From Candidatus Moraniibacteriota bacterium (GTDB taxonomy: Bacteria; Patescibacteriota; Minisyncoccia; Moranbacterales; UBA1568): a DNA stretch of 64,000 nucleotides. Made by a program: the position numbers and the translations under genes. Below are positions 38,705 to 46,480 of this stretch, in pieces. The notes under the pieces are model-generated. The model did not search any database, had not been told where the DNA came from, and was given only the letters and a program-made list of their open reading frames with translations. The stretch is taken from contig CP064989.1 in assembly GCA_016699875.1 (NCBI GenBank), positions 1,013,332-1,077,331 on the forward strand, read 5' to 3'. Every line of letters starts with the position of its first letter. Position 1 is the first letter of the stretch.

Positions 38705-39496
38705 ATGGATACCAGCATTACTCAGGCACTTCTTCTCGGAGTAGTTCAGGGACTTTCCGAGTTTCTTCCCATATCGAGTTCGGGACATCTGGTGATTTTT
38801 CCGTGGCTTTTTGGGTTTTCGGATCCGGGGCTCTCGTTCGATGTGGCGCTTCATGCTGGAACACTTATCGCTGTTCTCGGATATTTCTGGAGGGACTGGT
38901 GCAATATCTTCCATCTTCGTGATGATATGCCGGAATATCGTGCTTTGCCGAAAGCGTTGCTTTTCCTGGTGATAGCGACGATTCCGGGTGCAATAGCAGG
39001 TGCTCTTTTGGAGAAGGAGGCGGAAACAGTGTTCCGCAACCCGCTTCTCATTGCGGCAACGCTGTTCATCTTTGGGGCGCTTCTCTTGATTACCGATCTC
39101 TTCGGGCGAAAGACGCGCACTTTGGAAACAGTGACGCTGAGAGATGCTCTTGCTATCGGATGTGCTCAGGCGCTTGCTATTGTGCCGGGCGTCTCGCGTT
39201 CGGGCATTACGATTACGGCGGCGCTTGCTCGTGGCATTGATCGAGCATCTGCTGCTCGCTTCTCGTTTCTTCTCTCGACCCCGATAATTTTTGCAGCGCT
39301 TCTTGCCAATATGTCGCCGCTTCTCTCGGCGGGCGTCACTTTGCCTTTTGCGGTTGGCGTGCTTTCCTCGGCGGTTTCCGGGTATCTTGCCATATTCTCG
39401 CTTATACGATTTGTCGAACGGGCGAGTTACCAGGTATTCTTCTGGTATCGCGTAGCAATCGCGCTCCTTATTGTATTTTTCTTCTTTTTCGTATGA
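38705..39496 (+). CDS. uppP: undecaprenyl-diphosphatase
   Basis: LGVVQGLSEFLPISSSGHLVI BacA/UppP signature; 8 TM helices. Confidence 0.9.
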   Translation: MDTSITQALLLGVVQGLSEFLPISSSGHLVIFPWLFGFSDPGLSFDVALHAGTLIAVLGYFWRDWCNIFHLRDDMPEYRALPKALLFLVIATIPGAIAGALLEKEAETVFRNPLLIAATLFIFGALLLITDLFGRKTRTLETVTLRDALAIGCAQALAIVPGVSRSGITITAALARGIDRASAARFSFLLSTPIIFAALLANMSPLLSAGVTLPFAVGVLSSAVSGYLAIFSLIRFVERASYQVFFWYRVAIALLIVFFFFFV

Positions 39497-40341
39497 AACT
39501 CATTGAAGGGAAACCAATAGCGGAAGATATTTTGAGTCGTTTGGAGAAAGAGGTAAAAGAAGAGCGTCTTCGGCCCGGACTCGGCGTGATCTTGGTCGGT
39601 GATGATGCTGCGTCACACCTTTATGTGACGCTCAAAGAGCGTGCTGCCGAACGTATCGGAATACGCGTCGAAAAGAAATTTTTCCTGGAAAATGCTGCGC
39701 AGTCGGATATCGAGCAGGCGATCGACGTGTTCAATGGAGATAGCTCTATCCACGGAATTCTCGTGCAGGTGCCACTCCCGGCACATCTTGATACCGAGGC
39801 GATTATCAATCGCATGAGTCTCGAGAAAGATGTTGACGGGTTTCATCCGGAAAATGAGCGGCGATTTCTCGCTGGGGAGCCGGCTTTGTTTCCTGTCTTT
39901 CCTCGAGCGATACTCGAGCTTATCCGCGCGGCGCACGAACCGATGGAAGGGAAGAATGCGGTAGTTATCGGAAACTCATACCGGTTTGGCAATATGATGT
40001 GTCGGGTACTCTCTCGTGAGAGTGTGCGGGCAAAGCATATCCCTTGTGTCGAGTGTTCGTCTGATCAAGGGCTCTCTGAACTGAAACAAGCGGATATCGT
40101 CGTCTCTGCCTGCGGGAAGAAACAAACGATCACCGGGAACATGCTGAAGGCTGGCGCTATCGTTATCGATGGCGGCATTGTAAAGAACGGTGCGTGTGTC
40201 TTTGGCGATGTCGATCGTGCCAGTGTCGAAGGGATTGAAGGATTTCTTTCGCCCGTCCCCGGAGGTGTCGGCCCGGTCACAATCGCCTGTCTCCTCAGTA
40301 ATGTTGTTGAGGCCGCGAAACGACAGGTTGAAAAAATATAG
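39493..40341 (+). CDS. folD: bifunctional methylenetetrahydrofolate dehydrogenase/cyclohydrolase
   Basis: Typical FolD N-terminus (MKLIEGKPIAEDIL...) plus ...VVIGNSYRFGNMMCRVL.. and GGVGPVTIACLLSNV. Confidence 0.88.
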   Translation: MKLIEGKPIAEDILSRLEKEVKEERLRPGLGVILVGDDAASHLYVTLKERAAERIGIRVEKKFFLENAAQSDIEQAIDVFNGDSSIHGILVQVPLPAHLDTEAIINRMSLEKDVDGFHPENERRFLAGEPALFPVFPRAILELIRAAHEPMEGKNAVVIGNSYRFGNMMCRVLSRESVRAKHIPCVECSSDQGLSELKQADIVVSACGKKQTITGNMLKAGAIVIDGGIVKNGACVFGDVDRASVEGIEGFLSPVPGGVGPVTIACLLSNVVEAAKRQVEKI

Positions 40342-40361
40342 AATGAATCGAGAATAAAAAG

Positions 40362-40383
40362 CACGGCACGCAAGTGTGCCGTG
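40362..40383. terminator. intrinsic terminator; the U-run is on the minus strand, so it most likely serves the 40399-40713 minus-strand ORF
   Basis: Perfect 8-bp stem cacggcac/gtgccgtg with a 6-nt loop. The minus-strand continuation is CTTTTTATTCTC; the plus-strand side has only an A-run upstream. Confidence 0.55.
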
Positions 40384-40398
40384 GTAGTGAAGCGCAGT

Positions 40399-40713
40399 TT
40401 ATTGCTGACAAAAGAGGCGGATTGCCTGAAAGATTTCTTCCGAGAAGACCTCTCTTGTAAAGGAAGTGAATACCGGGAGATTATTTCCATCGTTGATGTA
40501 TTCTCCCGTCTCTACAGTGAATCCGGCTGTCGGGTTGCGCGATATTCGAACGGTAACGCCCGATGGAAGTTGACGCTCTCCGATCCGTCGCTGTTCGTAG
40601 TCTTCGTACACCGCTTTTCTTCTTGCGAGTCCGGCATGGTATGCCGGGCATGTGTTATCACAAAGTATACCTCCGTATCCGAGGCAGGAATCTCCCCGTT
40701 GAGGAATACACAT
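40399..40713 (-). CDS. small hypothetical Cys-containing protein (~104 aa)
   Basis: ORF ends 15 nt before the minus-strand terminator. It contains MCIPQRGDSC...LCDNTCPAYH. Start uncertain. The overlapping plus-strand ORF 40381-40866 runs through the tRNA and is judged spurious. Confidence 0.35.
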   Translation of the reverse strand: MCIPQRGDSCLGYGGILCDNTCPAYHAGLARRKAVYEDYEQRRIGERQLPSGVTVRISRNPTAGFTVETGEYINDGNNLPVFTSFTREVFSEEIFQAIRLFCQQ

Positions 40714-40815
40714 GGTATCTCGAGCTTGCTTGAGAGCTTCTTGAAAATTCACAGGCAACACCTCCGAGGAAGTAGTATTTCTGTATTGGGAATGAACGTC
40801 TTTTGCCAATTCCGG

Positions 40816-40899
40816 TGCCGATGGCGGGAGTTGAACCCGCATGGGCTTGCGCCCACACGATTTTGAGTCGTGCGTGTCTGCCAGTTCCACCACATCGGC
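40816..40899 (-). tRNA. tRNA-Leu (anticodon CAA)
   Basis: Reverse complement GCCGATG-TG-GTG-GAACTGGCAGA-CAC-G-CACGA-CTCAAAA-TCGTG-long variable arm (TGGGCGCAAGCCCAT)-GCGGG-TTCAACT-CCCGC-CATCGGC-A; 84 nt. Confidence 0.85.
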
Positions 40900-41002
40900 A
40901 TTCAAAAACAACCGAAATCCCGGCATTGAAGCCCGGTCTTGAATGGAGTATACTGAAAAAGTCCTGATACTCCAAATTCGTCGTACACAACGCTTCTTTC
41001 TT

Positions 41003-41776
41003 ATGGCAAAAGTAGTCACGCTTGTCAATCAAAAAGGCGGGGTCGGCAAGACGACTTCGACCATCAATATCGCTCGGTATTTGGCAGATTCCGGGAAACG
41101 TGTGCTTCTTATCGATCTTGATCCGCAAGCAAATGCATCTTCCGGCATCGGCGTTGATTCGCGATCGCTCGAAAAGACACTCTACCACGCGCTTCTGCTT
41201 GGAGAACGATTGGAAAACGTTGTCTTGGCGACTCCGACCGAGAATCAGCATCTCCTCCCGTCTTCGCAGGATCTCGCGGGTGCCGAGGTAGAGATGATGA
41301 ATATTGAAGGTCGTGAGTATCTGCTTTCAAAGCTCGTCGCGCGTCTTCGCCCGTACTACGACTACATACTTATAGACAGTCCGCCGTCTCTGGGGCTTCT
41401 CACGGTGAACGGACTTACTGCGAGCGATGAGGTGATTATTCCGGTGCAGACTGAATACTATGCGCTCGAAGGTTTGAGTCAATTGCTCTCGACGGTGGAT
41501 CTTGTGCGCGAACGATTGCGTCCCGATCTCAAAATTATGGGCGCGCTTCTCACGCTCTATGACCGTCGGAATCGACTTGCGCGACAGGTAGTGCAGGAGG
41601 TGACGGATCATTTCCCCGGACCTGTTTTCAAGAGTGTTATCCCGCGTTCGATTCGACTTGCCGAAGCGCCGTCTTATGGCAAGTCCATCCTCGACTTCGA
41701 CGCTTTCTCGAAAGGAGCTCGCTCCTACAAGGCCGTCGTCCGAGAAATTCTCGAACGCGAACGTGAGGGGAAATAG
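41003..41776 (+). CDS. parA: ParA/Soj-family partition ATPase
   Basis: Deviant Walker A KVVTLVNQKGGVGKTTS, ...DLDPQANAS... and ...IDSPPSLGLLTVNGL. No parB follows. Confidence 0.88.
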   Translation: MAKVVTLVNQKGGVGKTTSTINIARYLADSGKRVLLIDLDPQANASSGIGVDSRSLEKTLYHALLLGERLENVVLATPTENQHLLPSSQDLAGAEVEMMNIEGREYLLSKLVARLRPYYDYILIDSPPSLGLLTVNGLTASDEVIIPVQTEYYALEGLSQLLSTVDLVRERLRPDLKIMGALLTLYDRRNRLARQVVQEVTDHFPGPVFKSVIPRSIRLAEAPSYGKSILDFDAFSKGARSYKAVVREILEREREGK

Positions 41777-41908
41777 ACTCATTTCAAACTTTTTCATTTT
41801 CAAGTATTTTTATTTGCGCCGGTTTTTGGGAGTTACTTGCAGAGATCTCCGCTTTGTTGAAGTGGCTATTGAATGAACGCAAAGGAGATGATAGATCGGT
41901 TCTAAAGA

Positions 41909-44224
41909 GTGTCTCGTATGTTTCTCAAACGGATCGAAATTTCGGGGTTTAAGTCGTTTGCACGGAAAACAGTGTTGGAGTTTTCCGGCGAGAAAGGGAG
42001 TTTCCCGCTTACGGCGATTGTCGGACCGAATGGTTCCGGAAAATCAAATGTTGCCGATGCGATACGTTGGACTATCGGCGAACAATCAGCGAAGCATCTG
42101 CGCGGCAAGAAGAGTGAAGATGTAATCTTTGCCGGGACAGGTACAAAAGCGCGGCTGGGGAGTGCGTCGGTTTCGTTGTTCTTTGACAATAGCGACAAAA
42201 AAATCCCGGTTGAATATGTGGAAGTTGTCGTAACGCGCCGGCTTTTTCGAGATGGCGAGAGCGAATATCTCATCAATGGCTCCCGGGTACGACTCTTGGA
42301 TGTGACGGATTTGTTGGCTCAAGCATCGATCGGAAAAGATAGCTATTCGGTTATCACCCAAGGCATGTCGGATGCGGTCTTGTCCGCATCGCCCCTCGAG
42401 CGGCGTATGATGCTGGAAGAAGCCGCGGGCGTGAAACAGTATCGTTTGGAGAAAGAGCGGTCGCTCCGGAAATTGGAATCGACACGGGAGAACCTCGTGC
42501 GGGTGGATGCGCTCCTTGTTGAGATCGAACCGCATCTCAAGAATCTGAAGAGGCAGGCCGAGAGGGCGTCGCGCGGCGCGGAGGTAGCAGCATCGCTTCG
42601 TGAGAAACAAGTTCGGCGGTTTGCGTTTTTATGGCACGCATTTGAAAAAGAGCGGAGAGAGTTTGAAGGAACATTTGAGGCAGACTCCCTTCGTCTTCGT
42701 GATATGGAACAGCAATCCGAAGCAGTCAATCGTGATCTTATCGAAGAATCGAAACGGATTGAAACGCCCAAGACAGAAACTCATGGTCGGGACATTCGCG
42801 TACTTCGCGAATCACTCTACGGCGTGGAGCGGGAGTTGTCGGTGGTTCTGGGAAAGTGCGAAGTGGAAGAAGAGCGCCGTAAGCCTCGCGAGGTGGTAGA
42901 AAGTGTCGCCGTTGATCGGGAATTTGTGCGGAAGCATCTCGCCGAGATCCGTTCGCATCAGGAGAAACTTATTGATCGGCTTTCGCATGTCGAATCGCTC
43001 GATGAGCTGCAGGAATTGCGCGAATTGGCACACGTCATTCAGACGCGTCTCTCGGAGCTTCACGGGCATGCCGGTGCCGGGACGGTGGTCACCAAACATA
43101 CCGTTGAACTTTCGGCGGAAGAGTTGCATAAAAGTGATGGACGGCTTGATGCACTCCGCCAAGAAGAATCTCGTCTTTCAGAGAAGAAAGCGACTCTTCA
43201 AGGAGAGATATCCGCAGAAGAAAAACGTTCTGAAGAAGCGATGAAGCGTCTCGAGGAAAGTCGTCGGAAATTCTTCGAACTTGAGCGAAAGGCGCGCGAT
43301 ATTCAAGCAGAGATGAACCGTCTGAAGGATGCTGAAAATGAACGCAAGGTGCGTCGTGCGCGCGTCGAAGTCCGTGAGGAAGATCTGACGAAAGAGATTC
43401 TCGAAGAACTTCATGTGAAGCCGGAAGAGCTGGTATGGGATGGCGAGGCGATCGATGCGGATAAGTTCGAACGCGACATTATCCGACTCAAGGTGGAGCT
43501 TGAGCATATCGGCGGTATCGATCCTCTGGTAGTTGAAGAATACGCAGAAACAGAGAAACGATTCTCATTTCTTACGACAGAATCAGCGGATCTCAAGAAA
43601 GCGGCTCAATCGCTCCGTCACGTGATTCGAGAAATGGATGACAGAATCCATGTCGCATTCGAATCGGCATGGAAAGAAGTTCATCGCGAGTTCGATCGCT
43701 ATTTCAAAATCATATTCGGCGGCGGCGAAGCGAAACTTCTGAAGGTTCCCATAGAACGTCGCGGAAGTGCGGGACCGGTCGATGGTATTTCGGAAGATGA
43801 TGCCTCTGATGTGTCCAATGATACCGATATCGAGCCTGAATACGGAAGACGAGAGACTGATATTGGCATTGATATTGCCGCCTCGCCACCGGGAAAGAAA
43901 ATAGCGAATCTCGCGATGCTCTCTGGCGGGGAGCGGTCGCTCACGGCGCTCGCGCTTCTTTTTGCAATTATTTCTCACAACCCGCCGCCTTTTTCCGTGC
44001 TCGACGAGGTGGAAGCGGCGCTCGATGAAGCGAATTCAAAACGCTTCAGCGATCTCTTGTCCGAGCTTTCGGAGCGGACCCAATTTATCGCCATCACGCA
44101 CAATCGCGAGACGATGCGTCGCGCATCCATTCTCTATGGTGTCACCATGGGAGATGACGGCATCTCCAAAATTCTCTCCGTCCGCCTCGATCAAATCGGC
44201 ATTGGCGGAAAGATACGGGAGTAG
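41909..44224 (+). CDS. SMC-family chromosome-segregation ATPase, unusually short (771 aa) with no recognisable hinge
   Basis: N-terminal RIEISGFKSFARKTVLEF...IVGPNGSGKSNVADAIRW (Walker A). C-terminal LSGGERSLTALALLFAI (signature) and VLDEVEAALD (Walker B). The middle is uninterrupted E/R/K-rich coiled coil. Confidence 0.8.
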   Translation: MSRMFLKRIEISGFKSFARKTVLEFSGEKGSFPLTAIVGPNGSGKSNVADAIRWTIGEQSAKHLRGKKSEDVIFAGTGTKARLGSASVSLFFDNSDKKIPVEYVEVVVTRRLFRDGESEYLINGSRVRLLDVTDLLAQASIGKDSYSVITQGMSDAVLSASPLERRMMLEEAAGVKQYRLEKERSLRKLESTRENLVRVDALLVEIEPHLKNLKRQAERASRGAEVAASLREKQVRRFAFLWHAFEKERREFEGTFEADSLRLRDMEQQSEAVNRDLIEESKRIETPKTETHGRDIRVLRESLYGVERELSVVLGKCEVEEERRKPREVVESVAVDREFVRKHLAEIRSHQEKLIDRLSHVESLDELQELRELAHVIQTRLSELHGHAGAGTVVTKHTVELSAEELHKSDGRLDALRQEESRLSEKKATLQGEISAEEKRSEEAMKRLEESRRKFFELERKARDIQAEMNRLKDAENERKVRRARVEVREEDLTKEILEELHVKPEELVWDGEAIDADKFERDIIRLKVELEHIGGIDPLVVEEYAETEKRFSFLTTESADLKKAAQSLRHVIREMDDRIHVAFESAWKEVHREFDRYFKIIFGGGEAKLLKVPIERRGSAGPVDGISEDDASDVSNDTDIEPEYGRRETDIGIDIAASPPGKKIANLAMLSGGERSLTALALLFAIISHNPPPFSVLDEVEAALDEANSKRFSDLLSELSERTQFIAITHNRETMRRASILYGVTMGDDGISKILSVRLDQIGIGGKIRE

Positions 44225-44300
44225 CGGTATTTTCTTGCCAGCGGGAGTGGAATTCGATAGAGTGGGGGCAGTGTTTATTAGGTTGATTGTTTCTGAAATT

Positions 44301-46199
44301 ATGCGCGAAGATATCGTGTTTGCTCGGAGGGAAAAATTGGATCGGGTGACATCGGAAGTTGGCGATGCGTTTCCGGAGGAGTCGCACCGGACACATACGA
44401 ATGTCGAAGCGCTTTCCGATTTTGAATCGCTCGCGGAAAAAGAAATACAAGTGTCGCTCGTTGGACGGGTCAGGTCTCTTCGAAGCATGGGAAAAATCGC
44501 TTTTGCGCATATCGAGGATGAAAGCGGCAAGATGCAGATCTTCATACGGAGGGGCGCGCTTTCAAACGAATTGTTCTCGCTGTTTGTCGATGGTGTCGAC
44601 GTGGGGGATTTTATCGAAGCGACGGGGACGCTTTTCACTACCAAGCAGAATGAGAAGACACTCGCGGTTTCGACATGGCGAATGCTTTCGAAATCTCTGC
44701 GTCCCATGCCGTCAGAGTTCTACGGACTCAAAGATGAAGAAGAATTGTTGCGGCGGCGCTATCTCGACCTCGCAATGAATCCGGAAACAAGAGAACTCTT
44801 TCGTAAGAAATCCATCTTCTGGCAGACCATTCGGAATTTCCTTGCCGAAGAAAACTTTCTCGAAGTGCAGACGCCGGTTCTGGAGCATGTGCCGGGCGGC
44901 GCTGAAGCTGAGCCGTTCGTGACACATCATAATGCGCTTGACCAGGATTTCTACCTGCGCATTTCGCTGGAGCTTCCTTTGAAGCGTCTCTTGGTCGGCG
45001 GATATGAGCGCGTGTTTGAAATCGGGCGCGTTTTCCGCAACGAAGGCATTGACCGCGAGCATTTGCAGGAGTTCGACCACATGGAATTTTATGCCGCCTA
45101 TGCGGATATGAAGACGGGCATGGAACTGGTGGAGCAGCTCTATCGACTTATCGTCGAGCGCGTGACGGGTAACGTAAAGACTGTTTGGAATGATGAAACA
45201 ATTGATTGGCAGAAGCCTTTCGAGAGAGTGGATTATTTCACCGCATTCAAAAAAGAAACCGGCATCGATCTTTCGGAAGATATAACCATTGAGACTTTGA
45301 AGCGGAAATCGGACGAACTGGGAATCAAGTATGAATCGTCATACGGGAAGGGGAGAATGATTGATACGATCTATAAAAAGACAGTGCGAAAGAAACTCAT
45401 TCAGCCGTGCTTTTTGGTGGGGCATCCGATCGAGGTGTCGCCCTTGGCAAAGCGCGATCCGAAGTCGCCAAACAAAACGCTTCGCTTCCAGCCGATTGCG
45501 TGCGCAAGCGAACTCGGGAACGGTTTTGCAGAGCTTAATGACCCAATAGATCAGCGATCACGCTTCGAGGAACAAATGAAGCTGCGTGAGAGTGGTGATG
45601 TCGAAGCGCAGCAGCTTGACGAAGATTTCCTCGAAGCACTTGAATATGGCATGCCCCCCGCTTGTGGCTTCGGCATGAGCGAGCGTTTCTTTGCTATCCT
45701 TATGAATCGCTCCGTGCGCGAGACAGTCATTTTTCCTCCGATGAGAGACAAAGAACTGGATAAAAAACAAGGAAAGAAAACATTGCAAATAGCGGTGGCT
45801 ATTATCAACACGGGAATTGGATTGAAACCCTGGCAAGAACTGAATACGATAGCACATCTGAATGCTGCATTTGGAGCGAGAATTGGAAAGAGTCTATTCT
45901 TTCAAGACGAGATTACAACGGAAGATAATCAAAAAATAAAGCTGAATATCCAACACGCTATCATTATTAAAACGGTTCCATCAAATAATGTAATGCAATT
46001 GCTTGTAAGAAATGCGAAGGAACAACACGTAGAAGTTTCCGAGTTTACCGCTGAAATGTTGGAAACGACGAATGATAAGAAGGTTATCGATCTTACCCAG
46101 AAGAAAGAGCTGAAAGATGTACAATATTTGGGGGCACTTTTATTTGGGGAAAAAGAACTCGTTGAGAAACTCACTCAAGGGTTTGACCTGCATGAATAG
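44301..46199 (+). CDS. lysS: lysyl-tRNA synthetase (class II) carrying a ~145-aa C-terminal extension
   Basis: OB-fold N-domain and class-II core (FLEVQTPVLE...; motif 2 EIGRVFRNEGIDREHLQEFDHMEFY; motif 3 GFGMSERFF). The canonical end (...VIFPPMRD) is followed by extra sequence through 46199. Confidence 0.88.
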   Translation: MREDIVFARREKLDRVTSEVGDAFPEESHRTHTNVEALSDFESLAEKEIQVSLVGRVRSLRSMGKIAFAHIEDESGKMQIFIRRGALSNELFSLFVDGVDVGDFIEATGTLFTTKQNEKTLAVSTWRMLSKSLRPMPSEFYGLKDEEELLRRRYLDLAMNPETRELFRKKSIFWQTIRNFLAEENFLEVQTPVLEHVPGGAEAEPFVTHHNALDQDFYLRISLELPLKRLLVGGYERVFEIGRVFRNEGIDREHLQEFDHMEFYAAYADMKTGMELVEQLYRLIVERVTGNVKTVWNDETIDWQKPFERVDYFTAFKKETGIDLSEDITIETLKRKSDELGIKYESSYGKGRMIDTIYKKTVRKKLIQPCFLVGHPIEVSPLAKRDPKSPNKTLRFQPIACASELGNGFAELNDPIDQRSRFEEQMKLRESGDVEAQQLDEDFLEALEYGMPPACGFGMSERFFAILMNRSVRETVIFPPMRDKELDKKQGKKTLQIAVAIINTGIGLKPWQELNTIAHLNAAFGARIGKSLFFQDEITTEDNQKIKLNIQHAIIIKTVPSNNVMQLLVRNAKEQHVEVSEFTAEMLETTNDKKVIDLTQKKELKDVQYLGALLFGEKELVEKLTQGFDLHE

Positions 46200-46255
46200 T
46201 TTTTAACTAATGGGGTTTTCTATTGATGCAATGAATATATTTTTGTTAGGATGAC

Positions 46256-46435
46256 ATGAATAAAGATCAAGAAAAAGAAATTCAAAAGAAGTTTGACGAG
46301 ATTTTGACGGAGGCGGAACGAAAAATTTCGGAGCTTGAAAAAAGTCGTGACGTGCTTGTCGCTGACATTGCTGAACAGGCACGGCTTGCTGCAGTTGAGC
46401 GGCTGAAGAAAGGTATTTCCGGACCAAGTAATTGA
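46256..46435 (+). CDS. small hypothetical helical protein (59 aa)
   Basis: ATG ORF MNKDQEKEIQKKFDEILTEAERKISELEKSRDVLVADIAEQARLAAVERLKKGISGPSN, below the ORF-track length cutoff. Lies in a low-GC stretch just upstream of the 838-aa gene. Confidence 0.3.
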   Translation: MNKDQEKEIQKKFDEILTEAERKISELEKSRDVLVADIAEQARLAAVERLKKGISGPSN

Positions 46436-46480
46436 AATTATCTCGATGGGCGGTGAAATGATGCTTTATAACGCTGACTT

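Noticed and set aside
40381-40866. 161-aa plus-strand ORF across the folD-parA gap
   Set aside because: It reads through tRNA-Leu (…WRELNPHGLAP…) and begins inside the terminator hairpin. The minus-strand small ORF with a correctly oriented terminator is preferred.
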